64,000 nucleotides of DNA from Thalia democratica (taxonomy: Eukaryota), in NCBI GenBank assembly GCA_965202585.1, contig OZ241828.1:31248001-31312000 (forward strand), written 5' to 3'. Below the pieces are notes generated by a model that was not told where the DNA came from, ran no database searches, and was given only the letters and a program-made list of their open reading frames with translations. The position numbers and the translations under genes were made by a program. Numbering within the stretch: the stretch's first letter is position 1; every line of letters starts with the position of its first letter. Positions 12,450 through 27,118 of this stretch are shown in pieces.

Positions 12450-15400
12450 GCTTATACTGCTTAGCTAAAAACATATCTTTAAAAAAGTAAACTTGATGTA
12501 TTTTTTATGTTAAAAAGATGAATAGTTTGGTTACAATAACAGTGGTTTAGTCTAGATTGCAGCATTTTCTATCTGGTTATTCTTTGGATTGTTTTTTAAG
12601 ATTACTATTTTGAATTAAGTTGAGAATACTTTTTTTTTTTTCATTTAGCATGCCAACATAAAAAATTAGTTATAGATGTATTTACTTTAACAGAATGTTA
12701 AGTATTTAAAAAGCACCCTTAGATAACTGTTTCAAGCAAATTTATGTTAAATCTCTTTTTCTGTGAAAATCAAAGGGAAGAGTAAAAAAGAAAGAATTGT
12801 TTAAATTTTTTTTGCCTTGTAGTATTACAGTTTTAAATTTAGACAAGTATTTAAAATATAAAAAAGTGTAAATTAAAACTTAAGGAAATTTGTTGTTGCT
12901 AATATTATTATTGTTTTTATTTACTGGAAGCATAAATTTGACAGTACTTAATATAATGTTTTCATTTATAAAATTCAATTTCAGTTATGGCAGATTTTAC
13001 TTCTTTTAAGTTAATAAAAATTATGCAATAGTTTGTTTATCTATTCGAATGTTGTAAATTTTTTTTTAATGTTCAATTAAAATTATTAAATTAAGTAAAA
13101 ATTACACTTTTTGCACTAAATACTGATAAGATTAATGGAAAAATATTTCAGCGTATTACATTTTTGCTTTCTTTAGAGAGATTGTAACCTATCATTCAAG
13201 TATTCAACGTTTGCTATAAGTATTTTTTATCTTTTTTATAAGTTGATTGAAAGATCTTTCGTATCTTGACTTGAAAGTAGATATACTTTTTAGTTCTAAT
13301 GTTACTAAACAAGTTGTTAAGTACATTTTTATACACGAAATACAATTAGTTATCGTTTAAGTTTTTTTTTATTTCATTTTGATTAACTAATTGTTTTATT
13401 ATTAAAATTTAAATATTTAAATGATCAAAAATATTATTACATCTAATAGCTCGTAGAAATTTTATAAGTATTTGTTTACGACTCGATAACCGACATACAC
13501 CATGTCCTTAGATCAAACTTTTTAAGCGTTTTTTTTTGTCGTTCACTACACAATTTAATTAAAAAATAGACTTTGAATAAAATATTTAACTACTTAAGGC
13601 TGTATTAAACATTATCTTGTTTAACTTGTGTTTAAGTAAGTAATTTTTTTTTACAACTACATATACTTCAAAAATTTTTGACAAGCAAGGAGTTTTTATA
13701 TGTAGTACGATCGTTGAACGGCTTTTTATAAAAAATATTTCTCGCGGCACATAAAACACGAAGGAGCTCTAGTCTAGATTTTTTTTTAAACTTGTTCTTT
13801 AATGATTCAATTAATAAAATACTTACAACTAGAACTAGTTTTAAAAGAAGAATAATTTTGAAAGCTTATCTTCTCGTTTATAGTCGTAAGTTTGATAGAT
13901 AAATTGCACTGATGAATTATTTATAATCAAAAAAAGATTTGTAAAAAAACTCAATAATTTTTTCATAAGTTTTGAAAGCATGCATGTGTTTAGGTTTAAG
14001 AAAGAACTGTTTGACTTGTCAATCTGCACAAACTATATTATCATTAATTTTTAAAAATACTTAAACCAAGTATAAATAGATAAATGCTGTTGTTATAAAT
14101 TTAAATTTTTAATTTTATTTTGATAAAAATATCATAAATAGTACAAACAGTATTTTTGAACTCGATTTAAAAGCGTCTTAATAACATTTTTGAGAAAATA
14201 TAAAACTAAATTATACTTTTAGTCTAATATTTCATATTATTAATAATAATTATGCTTTTATATAGTATTCCTAAATTATAACGTGTTAAAACAATACGTA
14301 AGATTTTATATACTTATACTTAAATAAAACCTAAACAAATCTGACTTAGTTTAAAATTTTATTTATTCTATGCCAGGTAGATTTTAGAAAACTAATTCTT
14401 AACTGAAGTCTTTAAAAAAAAACTAAACGTTTTATTAGTACTACTTAGGCTTTTTTTTAATTTTAGGCTTAGACTCTTTTTTTTTTATTGAACTAGGTAA
14501 ATTCTCAAATAAATGTTGAAAAAAACGTTTATAAGTTGTTAAGCAGCTTACTTAAGTATCGTTTTGTTTTATTTTGTTTTATTTCTTAAGATTTAAATCT
14601 TCGGTTCACAATAACAAATCAGCTCATAGAGATTTTAAAAGGATATGGTACACGACTCGTAAACCAAAAACTTTTTTTTTTGGGAAACTTCCATTTCTTA
14701 TCTGCGGTCATTTTTCATTAACAATCGAGTCCCACCCGATAAAATCCCACTCAATTCATTGGTTGTACAAATTAAATATTTTTTAAACCCTTGTTTACTC
14801 AAAAGTGCAAAGTTTTTACTATCTAAAATTTAAACTGTTATTTGGTTTTCAACATTAGTTAAACTTTTTTTATTTTTAACTCAAAAAAATTTTTATATAT
14901 TTTTATTATAAATATTTTTAATCTAAATTTAACGGAATATATAAATTTTTAAAATTTACATCAAAACAGTAATTACATGTTTTATATATTTTTTAAATTT
15001 AGTCTTTCTTTGTTAACCATAATCAGTATTTAATATATTAATTTCTATTTTTTGTTTAGGCCTAATATTATCTCCATTTAATTTAACTTATTTCCGTACT
15101 TAGACACTAAGTTTTTTTTTTTTTAAACATAAGAAAATTTATAATAACTACATCATTAGTTAATCATTTAAAAATGTTTATTAACAAAAACTATATTAAC
15201 AAAAAACGTATGAATATATTTTATAAAAACTAATGCAAATATAAAAGTCAACAACCTAACTTTGGACAAAATATTAAATAAAACAAAAAGCAAAGTTATA
15301 TATAAAACTCAGTAAGATAGTTGTTAATTGTTTTCCAGATTCGAATATCGCAGTTACAAAAAATCCTGGTCACTTAGAGTAAAATTGTGTAGCGGAGATG

Positions 15401-15473
15401 GTTGCTTAGCAACTTGCTGTGGTCTAGCAACTCGTTATTGACAAGTATCATGTGCTTGCCTTCCAGGTTTCTT

Positions 15474-15839
15474 TCAAGCGAGCTCTAGCCCTGGTTGCCT
15501 CAACTGCGGAAACTGCCTATAATATTGGTGTTGGCTAGTAGCTTGTTCTTGCCGAGTACCTCCTTGTTGCTTAACTAACTCAATTTGAATGTTAGCTTGC
15601 GGTTGCGCAAACTGTAGTTGCCCAGTATCTTGTTGTTGCCTACAAACTAGTTGTTGCAGAGTATCTTGTTGTTGCTTAGTAGCTTGTTGTTGACTAGAAA
15701 CAATTTTCTGCCTACAAACTAGTTGTTGCGTAGTATCTTTTTGTTCCGTAGTAGCCTGGGTTTGTGAAGTATCTTGTGGTAGTTGTGATTGAACATTTTT
15801 AGATTTTCTTTCTTTCGGTCGTCGATTATGGAACCAATA
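15474..15839 (-). CDS. Unit B exon 4 (helix 3 YWFHNRR plus Gln-rich tail)
   Basis: Acceptor AAATTTCAG at 15840; 121 codons, then TGA. The family terminal motif follows in the same frame after two stops. Confidence 0.8.
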   Translation of the reverse strand, partial: YWFHNRRPKERKSKNVQSQLPQDTSQTQATTEQKDTTQQLVCRQKIVSSQQQATKQQQDTLQQLVCRQQQDTGQLQFAQPQANIQIELVKQQGGTRQEQATSQHQYYRQFPQLRQPGLELA

Positions 15840-18056
15840 CTGAAATTTTAATATTTTAATTTAACAAGTAGTAGTAAAAAATTATTAATGATTTAAAATA
15901 ACTCATTTATTTTTATTGTGGTCTAGTGTAAATTTCACATTTTCCTGTAAAATATAATTTAAGTTTAAAATATACCATTAGTAACGATTAAGACAAATTT
16001 TTCGCTCTTCTTCATCAACTTCTAGTGTAAGATTCAAATTACGCCCCCCTTACTAGTTTTAGCTTTTATAAAGTATAGTATGCTTTTTATCAGTAAAAAA
16101 AAACTTACTATTATATTGTGTGCTTTTACTCCTAATTTTAACGCAATTCGCGCTGACCTTTCAAAGTTGACATACTGACCATTCGAGAACTCTTCTTCTA
16201 GAATTTTCTTTTGCTCGGCTGTGTAATTAATTCGAGACCTCGGGACTTTGGACCTGGGAGGCTGAAGAGAACTGGAAACTTGTACATTACGTAACGACAG
16301 TCCTGTTTATTTGAATATTAGTATATCACTCTTTATTAGCTTTTATTTAGGACTTATAGATGACTTGATTTGTAAAGTTTTGTAGAGAAATAAGTATTTA
16401 ACTTAAATGCTACTATAAAAATATAAAATATAAACAAAACAAAGTTCAGCAAAATTTAAGAAAAGTTAATTATGTAAAATTGTTTTACATAAATACTTTA
16501 AATATTTAGATAAAAAGAATGTTTGGTACTCCTATATATTTTTTCTTTACAGTTTAAGTAAAAATAAACTACTCTGTACTTAAAATGGTAAGAGTTAAAG
16601 TCTTTTAATTTTTTTATCAGCTAATATTAAAATAACTATTTAGGTAAATTTACTAAATGTTTTGCAAAACTTGTTATTAACATTAAAACCGCATTTCTAA
16701 CTTAAATAAGACAGTTTTTTGCAAATTCAATAATTTTAAAAGTTAATTTTCAAAGCCTCATATAAAGAGATAGGTACATATTGAAAAAAAAAACTAATCA
16801 CTTAAGGTTATTGACGAAGCTGTTAATAAGCTATTTAAAATTTTTGAAATTAGTAAACAGTATTAAGTTCAAACAGTATTTTTTAAACTATATCTTAAGC
16901 AAAAACTGACTATCTTTGACGTTTAGAAGCGAGTTGACTGCAGTACTTGGAATTTGTCGACCGGAATTATTGGTTGAAGTAAGTTGTGGTCCAACATGGT
17001 GTGTAGGACTCGGAGGTGGCTGGTTGCTAGTAAACCCCTGTTGTTGCCGTGGTGGGTGATTACTGTTGCTACCAGGAAACCCATTTTGTTGCCGTGGTGG
17101 GTGATTACTGTTGCTAGGAAACCCTTGTTGTTGCCGTGGTGGCTGGTTGCTGTTGCTACTAGGAAACCCATTTTGTTGCCGTGGTGGGTGATTACTGTTG
17201 CTAGGAAACCCTTGTTGTTCCCATTGTTGATGATTGCTGTTGCTAGGAAACTCTTGTTGTTGACGTGGTAGGTAGTTGCTGTTGCTTGGAAAACCTTGTT
17301 GCCGTGGTGGGTGATTACTGATGCTAGGAAACCCATGTTGTTGCCGTGGTGGCTGGTTGCTGTTGCTAGGAAACCCTTGTTGTTCCCATTGTTGATGATT
17401 GCTATTGCTATGGAACTCTTGTTGTTTCCATTGTTGATGATTGCTATTGCTATGAAACTCTTGTTGTTGCCATGGTGGATGATTGGTGTTGCTAGGAAAC
17501 CCTTGTTGTTGCAAGGGAGCGTGTAATAAAGGATTCTGCTGTATACTAGGAGTTCTGCCTTGAGACTGTTGTATAAACCGTTTGTTTCGATTCTGATAAA
17601 ATTTTATTTCGAATTTAGGAAGAAGTTTTGAAGTATTATAGTAATTAATTTAACTTAATGGTGTATTCAAACTGTTTAATTTTATATGTCGTGAGAATTT
17701 TGAAAAATGATGCATTTACTCTTAGTGGTAAGTTTCTTAATAAATAAATTACTTATAGTTAGAAAATTATAAAATAAACTATTTTAGTACGCTTTAAGTT
17801 GGTAAATTCGTTAGAAATTAACCTGTGGCGTCGTAATACGATCCCTATTTTGTCCATATTCTGCCGAAAAGTTCGCTCGGTATTGGGAATTACCTTGATT
17901 GAAATGGGGATTACCCTGTGTATTTCTTCTAATTTCGGGCCTGGGAGGTGTAAAAGCAGGAGGTAAACTTTTCTGAAGTAACATTCTTTCATTTGTAAGG
18001 ACACTGTGACAATTGCATCCGTTTTCAGAGCACAAATAACAATCTTCTTGGTCCAT
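15474..18056 (-). CDS. Unit B: PRD-like homeodomain protein, 491 aa, four coding exons
   Basis: Exons 18056-17823, 17592-16911, 16302-16109, 15839-15474 join in phases 0/1/0 with no internal stop (donors GTTAAT, GTCAGT, GTAAGT). Homeodomain KVPRSRINYTAEQKKILEEEFSNGQYVNFERSARIALKLGVKAHNII|YWFHNRRPKERK. The exon-2 donor is the least certain junction. Confidence 0.8.
16109..16302 (-). CDS. Unit B homeobox exon (absent from the ORF track)
   Basis: Acceptor AAACAG and canonical donor GTAAGT; encodes R5, Y8, Q12, L16, E17, F20, Y25, I34, A35, L38, I45. Confidence 0.9.
17020..17520 (-). repeat. Imperfect coding repeat, ~42-bp unit, about 12 copies (QQQGFPSNSNHPPR)
   Basis: Lies in unit B exon 2 and stays in frame throughout. 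The motif is single-copy in exon 2 of units A, E, F and in the visible part of G. Confidence 0.9.
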
Positions 18057-18659
18057 TCTTTTAATTTTAACTACTTTTCTCAAACCAATTTACAATACCT
18101 GTATAAATGTAACTGTATAAAAATACAGTTTGATTCCTTTGGTATCAACATAAATTGATAGTAATTTAAGCAGTTTTTAAATAGAGATTAAATTTTCCCC
18201 TTAATAAATGCAGATGCATAACTTGGTTTAAACATCTATAAAGAGAGTTTATTCATTCTTAACTAAGGCTCTTACTGCGTTTACCTAAACTAAGCAAAAT
18301 ATGTTTAGTTATACTAGTTCGGTTATGTAATTATAAATATTGTTTAGTTTAAAGTTCAATTTAAGAGTGGTAGTAGTGATTATTTGTTTTTTACTAGGAG
18401 TGATTTTATCTGACTGGTTGTAAAATTTGATTTAACATATTAAATGGATATTTTAATTAAAACTTTTTTACCTTGTATAAAAGTCAAATGCTATTTCAAA
18501 CTAAATTAACAAAGCTACATTATAATAAAAAGAAATAATGGAATACACGATGAAATAAACTTTTAAGGCAGTTTCTATTACTAATATAATCTTATTAAAA
18601 AGCTGTAAATCACTGTAACATAATTAAAACTTTGTTCTAAAAATTTTTGTTTTGAAACT

Positions 18660-18760
18660 TTTAATCATTTGTGTGATAATTTTATCAATCTACTCAGCTT
18701 TTTATTAATACCTGGGTAAGAACCAAACAAACTGCTGGTTTTGATATGTATATACAATTT
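18660..18760. promoter_or_regulatory. Conserved upstream block of unit B
   Basis: Paralog of 8690-8792, without the transposon. Confidence 0.4.
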
Positions 18761-20645
18761 AGCTAAATACATACATTAAAAAAGTAAACTTGATGCAATT
18801 AAATCAAAACTAAGATTTTGACATGAAATTATGTAGCTACTAAAGGCTGTATTGTAGATTGTTTTGAAAAACTTCCGGTTCAAAAAAGTAGTTTATGTAT
18901 GCTACTATGTAAATTTTAAACAAATTTTGCAAGCAAGGATTTTTTTTATGCATTACGGTCAGCGTGCAGCTTTTTATACAAAATATTCCTTGAACATTTA
19001 AAACACTAAGTATCCCGAGTCGAGACAGTTTGTAAAATTTATTGTAATATGAATAAAAAAATAAATTACATATACCTCGAATTAAATTTAACAAGATAAT
19101 TTTAGTTAAAAATTATCCACTAAGTTATAGTCGTACATTTCATATACATTTTTCACTGATGCATTAGTTATGTATCATAACAAAGATTGGTAAACAAATT
19201 TAATTGTATGTTTTTATATAGGATTTCAAAGCATTATTGTGTTTAGATTTAAAATAGAACTGCTTGATTCTTCTATTTGCACAAACTGTATTATCATTAC
19301 TTTTAAAATACTTAAAGCAAATATAAATAGATAAAAGGTGTTTTGACGTTTTTATTATCTGTTGATAAACTTTTTTTGTTTTAATTTTTTTGAAAAAAAA
19401 ACTTTTCAAAACATTACAAAAAGTATTTTTAAATGCGTGTTTAGTTTTAGTAACCTACTTTAAAAAAGATCAAATAAATAATAATTTTAATCTTATATTT
19501 ACATTACATTATACATTAAGGTGTTAAAAACAGAGTAACTTATACTTAAATGAAATTTAAGAACTAACTATAATTAAACTAAGATGTAGTTACTTTATAC
19601 CATGTAATATTGAATATTGATTTTAACTAAAAAAATACTTAAAAAAAGATAAACTTTTAAAACTTTAGTTAGGAGTTTTTTTTAGTTTTTTCAAAGGTTT
19701 AAGCTTTTATTTTTATGTTATTAAGCAAATTCTTGAATTAATGTTTAATTAAAACAAACCTATAAGTTATAAGATTTTTTAAATAAGATCAATAGTGATA
19801 ATTTTGATACTTTTTTAGTAGGTTAATTATTGATTTGATGTATAAAATTAAATCACCAAAGATATTGGTAACCATAGATTGTATAGTTTTGTTTGTTTTA
19901 TCAAACTTACCAAGTAAAAATACATAACTTAACAAGTTAAGACTAAAATTTAATTTATTTGTCTAATTTAATAAATTGCGACTTATCATAGGTTTTACAT
20001 TCATAATCCTTTAACTTATGTTTAAACTGTAATATGATTGTGAAATGTAAACATTTTTAGAACATTTACTTAAAACATGCATATTTTTTTACTAAATATT
20101 ATTAACCGTATCTATACTTTTTAGTATTTAATACTCGAATTTTGTATTTTCTGGTATTTAAGAAAAAATTTAAATATTTTTCAAAAGCTTATTTAAATCT
20201 AAAAACAACGGGAAAACAATAAAGATATAACTTTTATCAAAACAGTATTTATATTGTAAAATATAAATACATTTAGTCTGATTATCATCATTTAGTATAT
20301 TTAATTTCTTAAGGAGTTTACAATGTCTTTATATTTATATAAACATAATTATTTTTTTGAGATCAAACACTAAACTTATTAAGAATGATATATAAAATAT
20401 TTGAAATTTTTTTTACACTTTAACATGTTTTTTTAATTTTAGATATTTTTCTAAAAAAAAAACTAACAAAAACCGTACAAATTATTTTTATTAACAACTA
20501 GTAAAAAATTAATAAAACTATGAATATAAAAGCGGTCAGCAGCTTATACTTTCAACACAAGTCAGATAAATAAAACAAACACACAAACTTTAAATAAAGT
20601 TCTTAAAGTAAGCTTAAAATTGTCCTCTATAATCGAAGATAGTAG

Positions 20646-21885
20646 TTACAGGAATTTTTCCTCACATAGAGTAAGAATGTATAGCGGAGATGGTTGCTTA
20701 GTAACTTGTGGTTGCATATCAGATTGTTGTTGCCAAGTATATTGTGTTTGTCTTGAAGGTTGTTGCATAGCTTGGTTGCCTTAGTTGCTCAAAAAATTTC
20801 TTTTGGCTAGTATTTAGTTCTTGCCTAGTATCTTCTTGTTCCCGAATGGACTTAAGGTGATGTTGCCTATTTATCTCTAGTTGAATGGTAACTTGTTGTT
20901 GGCTTGTAGCTTGCTATTTGCTGCCTAGAAAATGATTGTTGCGTAGTAGCTTGGTTTTGCTTAGTATCTTGTTGTTGTCTCGGTGTTTTTAGTTCACTAT
21001 GAGCTTACTGTTGCTTAGAAATTATTTTTTGACTAGAAACTAATTCTTGCGTAGTATTAAGTTGTTGCCTAGTATCTTGTTGTAGTTGTTGAAGATTTCG
21101 GGCTTCTTGTAACACTAATTTATGTCATCGATTTTGAAACTATCTCTAAAATTTTGGTAATTTAAATGATTATTTGATAGTAAAAGAGTTACATAAATGC
21201 TTTTAAATGATTTAAAATTTTAAAATCACTTTACACTACAACTCAACTAGGTCAAAGTATGTTATCTTTTTATTGCTTTATTTATTGAACATATAAAAAA
21301 GATTTTTATGGCAGTACATATTAAAGGTTCTTCAAAGCATATCAGAATACTCAGTTGTTGAATAAAAGAACATTATAGTATTTTATTAATTGTAAAACAG
21401 TTCTCTGCATTCGAAAAATAAACATTTTATTAGTTTTTTGTAAATTAGTACAGAACAGGGTGTCTTTTTTTTTTGTAAGGCCTGCTACAAAGAAATAAAA
21501 AAAGCTTTAACTTTTTCAACAAAACTTTTTGAAAAACTAATCTTAAATACACCTTGGACATTTTTTTGATCTTCATGATCGCCTCCAGAATATCTAGTGT
21601 AAGTTTATACCAATGGCCCCTCTATGGTTTCTTTGCTAGATTTAGCTTTTTAATAACTATAGTGTGCTTCTTGCTATTAAAAAAATTCTACCTCTATTTT
21701 GTTTGCTAACATTTCAAGTTAAAGGGGCTATTCGCGCTTTCCTTTCCGAGTTAGGATATTGATTTTTTGAAATTTCTTCTTTTAAGATTCTTTTTTGCTC
21801 GGCTGTGAAAAAACTCGAAACTTTGTGACCTTCTTATCTTTTTGCGTGTGAGAACTGAAAACTGGTTCTTTAGGTAACGACAGTC
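20646..21885 (-). pseudogene. Unit C: PRD-like homeobox pseudogene lacking exons 1-2
   Basis: Homeobox exon 21885-21692 is closest to unit B and has two 1-nt indels. Exon 4 from 21145 reads R*FQNR*H (W48 TAG, R53 TGA) and ends PSPLYILTLCEEKFL*. Intron sequence joins directly to upstream-type sequence near 22350. Confidence 0.85.
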
Positions 21886-22669
21886 CTGTTGATTTTAACG
21901 TTAACATCACCTTTTGATAGCTTTTATTGAGGAATAATGTCGTAACTATTTAAGTATTTAACTTTTAGGAAAAATAAAAACTTTTATTTTAGATCTATTC
22001 TTAGTCAGCAGTCAGGTTACGTGATGGTTTGTTACAAACTCTATGTAAATTATAAAAAAGTTATCTTTTGAATTATGAAAAACATTGGATTGTTATTTTA
22101 ATAGGTAAAAACAAAATTTTATTAACTCATTTTTTTATAAGTTAGCTTCAATGCATGTTTTATACTGATTTATATTTATTTTTTTTCTAAGTGAATATAA
22201 ACTTCTCAGTATACAAGTTTAGTGTTTTTCTAAGTCTTTTTTTTATTTATTCTTTTCGACTATACTTTAAAAGTTTAAGGCACTGTTACTGAATGTTTCT
22301 CAAAACTTGTTGATAACATAAAAACTATATCATGAATTTTAAAATCACAAACATATTTAGTACTAAAAGTTTTATTTTAGAATGATAGTATAGAATATTT
22401 GTGTTATACTAAAATAATTTTATTTAACCAGTTGTAAAGTTTGTTTTAAAATATTAAACAGTTATCTTATTTAGTTTTGTTTATCTAATTTATGAGTTAA
22501 TATCTATTTTGAATAAAATAAAATATTTTTATAACAACAAAAAGACCTATTGGAATTTACTATGAATAAAAGAGTTAAGACAGTTTTTAAAACTAGTACA
22601 ACTTGATTAAAAAACTACAATTCACAGTGATATAATAAAAACTTTATTTTCAAATTTTCAAATGACAGT

Positions 22670-22765
22670 TATTTAATCGTTCGTGTAACAATTTTAAGAT
22701 ACTACTTAGCTATTCATCAACGCCAGGGTCAGAACTCGGCAAACAGCTGGCTTTGATATATATAC
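22670..22765. promoter_or_regulatory. Conserved upstream block of unit C
   Basis: Paralog of 8690-8792. Confidence 0.4.
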
Positions 22766-23015
22766 TATTTTGCTAAAATCACATCGTAAAAAATTTCATG
22801 TAGTTAAATTATAAACTAGGTATTTAACATAAAAATATTTAACTACTGAAGACTGTATTGTAGCTTATTTTGTTAAACTTTTGTTTTAAAAAGTATTTTT
22901 TATTTGCTACTACATATACTTAAAACAATTCTGGCTCGCAAAAAACATAATTCTAAAATATAAATAAAATTCTGAAAGTAAGCTCTTAATTTTCGCTCAG
23001 ATTCGAAGATTGTAA

Positions 23016-23100
23016 TTACAAGAAATCCTCCCCACTTAGAGTAAGAATGGGTGGCGGAGGGGATTACTAGCTACTTTTTGTTGAGTAGCAGGTTGTTATT
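23016..23100 (-). pseudogene. Unit D: isolated 3' end of the family last exon
   Basis: Reads ...PPPPILTLSGEDFL* followed by family 3'-UTR sequence; homology is lost at about 23100. Confidence 0.8.
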
Positions 23101-24052
23101 ATCTATAAATTTGTGGATGACCAAACTTTAGAAATAAGTTTGTTTAGCTATGCATTATGTGACAGGATTTCAAACTGCATTTGATAATTATTTATCTTTA
23201 ATGAAACATCTAGAGTTAAAGTTATTGTTCATCCAAGCGTTTAAGAGAAAGCCCACAAGTTCAAGTTTATTACTGGTACAAATTTGATAGAGTTTAGATA
23301 AGGAGAAAATAAATAGTAGTCACAAGTTTACTGATGCAAGGTTACAATTCCATATTACTGCAACAAATAAACTTTAATCAGTTGGAGCAGGCATTTATTT
23401 CTAGACAAATTGCTGCTGCTAACATGCTGTGCAAATAGACATTTGTATTTTTTGTTGTATAATTAAGAGTTCTTTTTTAAAACATTTTTTTCTAATAAAC
23501 TGCGTTTTTTTAATAAGTTCTAAGTATTTAAATATTGTAGCAATTTCTACAACTTTTAGAGTATATTCTCTCAAAATTAGTTGTTTTTAGCCCCATTTAT
23601 TTAAAACACTCTTAAGTATAGTTTTTATTTTGTTATTCCTGTTTGCATAGTTTTTAAATACAATATGTTCATTAATGACATGTCTAGTTAGTATACAGTA
23701 GCCTAAGTACTATTTAATATCATTAATAGTTAGGTGAATGTTATCCTTTATTTTTTGAGGTCTACAAATTTGTTTGTAAATATGTTTTAGCCAGATAGAA
23801 TATTATATAAGTTACCAACATCCACAGGTTCTATTTATTAAAACTAAATAAACTATATATTATAGTTTAATATATAATTTATTAAAATTACATTGTATTA
23901 TATTTCCTTATTTCATAATTAAAATAGTTTTTTATAAGTTATAAATAATTTTCTTTCTTAAATATTATCTTTAAATATAGCAATTTAAGAGATCAATTTT
24001 TTGTAATAAAAATAAAAAAATATTCAGGATAGTATTTTTGTCTTAAATAAAT

Positions 24053-24426
24053 CAGGGTTACCAAAAAACTTATATCCTGGAAAAATCTGGAATTTGACAT
24101 TTTAGGCTAAAAATAACCTTGAAAATGAGAAATTTTGAAAAAAAAATAATTTTGAACAAAAATATAAAAAACCTGGAATTTTTAACAACATTTATATGTG
24201 AGTAGTAAAATTTTGATTTAACACAAAATACATTGCTTAGAAAAAGATATTTTGTCAACATCAATATTTTTATTACTTAAAAACACATTTCAAGAATCTT
24301 TAAGATATCTGTACAATGTCAATATCTTAATTTTAAACTAAAAATAGATACTAAACCTGTAATTCTAAAAACCTTAATAAGCTTTGAAAACCTGGAGGAA
24401 ATTTTTAAAAACATTATGCAACCCTG
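24053..24426. mobile_element. MITE-like element with CAGGGTT termini
   Basis: Starts CAGGGTTACCA, ends TGCAACCCTG, with internal cctggaa repeats. No TSD recoverable. Confidence 0.6.
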
Positions 24427-24903
24427 GAAAGGCAACCACAATAAACATAATTTTGTACATCTAATATTGACCCTATTGTACTCTCCATTTTTAAATCTGC
24501 TATATCTCAAAAATTTTTTTTAATAATAATATCATAAAACTAACTTGTAGCTTAGTTTGAACTATACTAAAGAAGATCAAGTTGTGAAAAATTTCTTATT
24601 TATTTAGCAACCTCTAACCCTTAAATTAAGTTTATCATATTAGTAAAAAAAATTATAAAATTAAATTAAATGTTACTAAATAACTCATAATAATCAGAAT
24701 TTAACTTAATTAGTGGTATTTTTCTTAATGTTTTTCCTCAAACAACTTATCATATGCACTTTCAAACTAATTTTGAAAATATAACCAGTTATTGTTAAAT
24801 TTTTTTTTTCTTCAAGTTATTTTGTAGTTGTAATGTATATAAATATATGCCACTTCTTTTAAAGCTTAGAATCTATTTTTTATGAAAGTGTATCTCACTT
24901 TTA

Positions 24904-25344
24904 CAGTCACACACTTAGGGAACTCAGGGACTTTAGGGAAACTCAGGGAACTTTCAAGTTATAAGAAATATTGAGAAACTCTGGGAGTTTTGACTCCTTA
25001 TTTTTAACTCGGTCAATTTTTGTTTTTTCTAAAAGTTTTGAGGAAATTTTAAGAATTTTGAAAAAATCTCAAGGAAAATGTTTTATAGGTCTAGAATGAA
25101 ATTTAGTTATACCAATTTCAATATTTTGTTCAAAATTGTTAATTTTATATATTTTTAAGTGCTTAATTAGAATTTTTTTAGCCTTAAAATTGAAATTAAA
25201 ATATTCTTAGAACTAACATTGTAAATTTTTAAGAAATAATAAAAATTTTAAGGGGTTAAAAAAACTCAGGAAAGTTTAAGGTTACTCAGGAAAGTTTCTT
25301 TTCACTCAGAGAAGATTTTTTTACTTAAAGAATGGCAACACTTG
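24904..25344. mobile_element. Degraded MITE-like element with actcaggga subterminal repeats
   Basis: Clusters of actcagg(g/a)a at both ends; right end TGGCAACACTTG resembles the terminus of the neighbouring MITE. Left terminus decayed. Confidence 0.45.
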
Positions 25345-27118
25345 TATCTGCACTTAGTTTGAAAAAAGTTTAAATATATCTAATCATATTAAAAGTAGTT
25401 ATGCATCAAAAATACTTAGATCTTAAAAATTTGTACTGAAAATTGTTCTAAAATTTTATTTAAAATTATAAACATGGAGGCCAATTAACCCAGAATCTTG
25501 AAAAACTTTGAGTTTCAAAAACTTTTAAAAGACCTGATATTCATAAATTAGAACCAAAATAGTATTGTACCAATATTGTTAAAAAATTAAAAAATTGCCA
25601 GAAAAATTATTATTTTTAAAGAGTTATTTTTTATAAATACTAAAAGGTTATATATAGTCAACAAATTTTATGAAAACGAAGCTCAAAAAGACAGTAACTA
25701 TTTAACAAGTAAACTGTGATACCCCTTTCTAAAAGGCTGTGTTCACTAGTAGTACTGTTTTATTAGCTGTTTTTGATTATCTTTATAACTAAGGTATAAA
25801 TTTTCAAAATATAATAGTTTTTTTTTAATTTTCATTTTATGTATCGAGTTATAATAAATTTTCAAGTACTAAGTTCATTGACACCATTTGTTATATTTGC
25901 TATTTTACCTACTTGAATTTTGAAATTAAGAAGTTTTCTCTAAACTATATTAGGTATATTTTGTGTGTAGAAAAACGAAAAAGCGTTCAAAGTGTTTGAT
26001 ACTATGACCTGGTGCACAAAGAACATTTTGCTTATCTAGTGGCACACCTCGGATACCTTTAAAAATCTTTTCCATGATAGATATATTATTTTAAATGTGT
26101 ACTTTTATTTGCTTATTCAAATTAAATTATTTAATTGTTGTAACAGTTAAATGACTCAATGGTTTGTACATTTCTTTTTTTCCTTAAAACCAAGCAAGCT
26201 TGAAATGTGTCCATAACCGCAGGTTAATTTTCAGAATTTTATAAACTTTTCTGAATTTAAATTACTTCTTGGCCATCTTTCGACAATTAGTACATCTGAC
26301 CTGATTGCTTAAATGGCCTAAGTGGTGATATTGTTTATTTTAAGAAACTAGGTCTAGCTAACTTCTATTTTTTATTTGTTATTAGTACATAGCAGTTACG
26401 TAGCTAGCTCAAAGAAGTTACGAATCTAACATAAAACTAGATAAAACTTAAATAGTTATCTATTTGTATTAGACATATGGAAGGTATTAGTAATTTTAAA
26501 ATAAGTAGTATCTAGTTAAATTTTATTTTTAAGTACAGTTTCAATTTTAATTTTTATCGCTTGTTTTTTTAGATTTTTTTAATTCTAACGAGTTTTATTA
26601 GTATACTAAATCATTTAGCATAAGTACTTATTTAATTTTTAACATTTGAATATAATGTCATTTTATATCTTAAAACTTTAAACTTCAGTATGATTTTATT
26701 TCAATTTGTTTTCATCATAATTCAGTAAGAAACTATTTCTGATGAGTCTTACTACTGAAGTACTAAAGTAAGTTTAAAGAAAATGAAATGTATTCTGTTA
26801 TGTACCTTAATATTTGTTTTACATCTTAAATCAAATTCTAAACTAAAAATAGATCCTAAAACGTTTATATTTGAAAAAATTGAGCAATAAGGTATGATCA
26901 ATCCTTGTCTTAACTTGAGCTGGTCTCACAGAAAACAGGCTTAGGCATTGTGTTTTTTACTTGATGTAATTTTCTTTTTATTTTATTTATAAACCAATAT
27001 GATTTCGATTTTTCATACAACACTGAGTACAAAAACTCTATTAGTATTTTTCAAATAGTTTATCATGCAAATTATCAGTTTTATACAATACGCAGCATTT
27101 TATTAAATATTGATTATT

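Noticed and set aside
23100-23190. YKFVDD peptide resembling a non-LTR reverse transcriptase catalytic motif
   Set aside because: Flanking RT motifs are not recognisable; could be chance.
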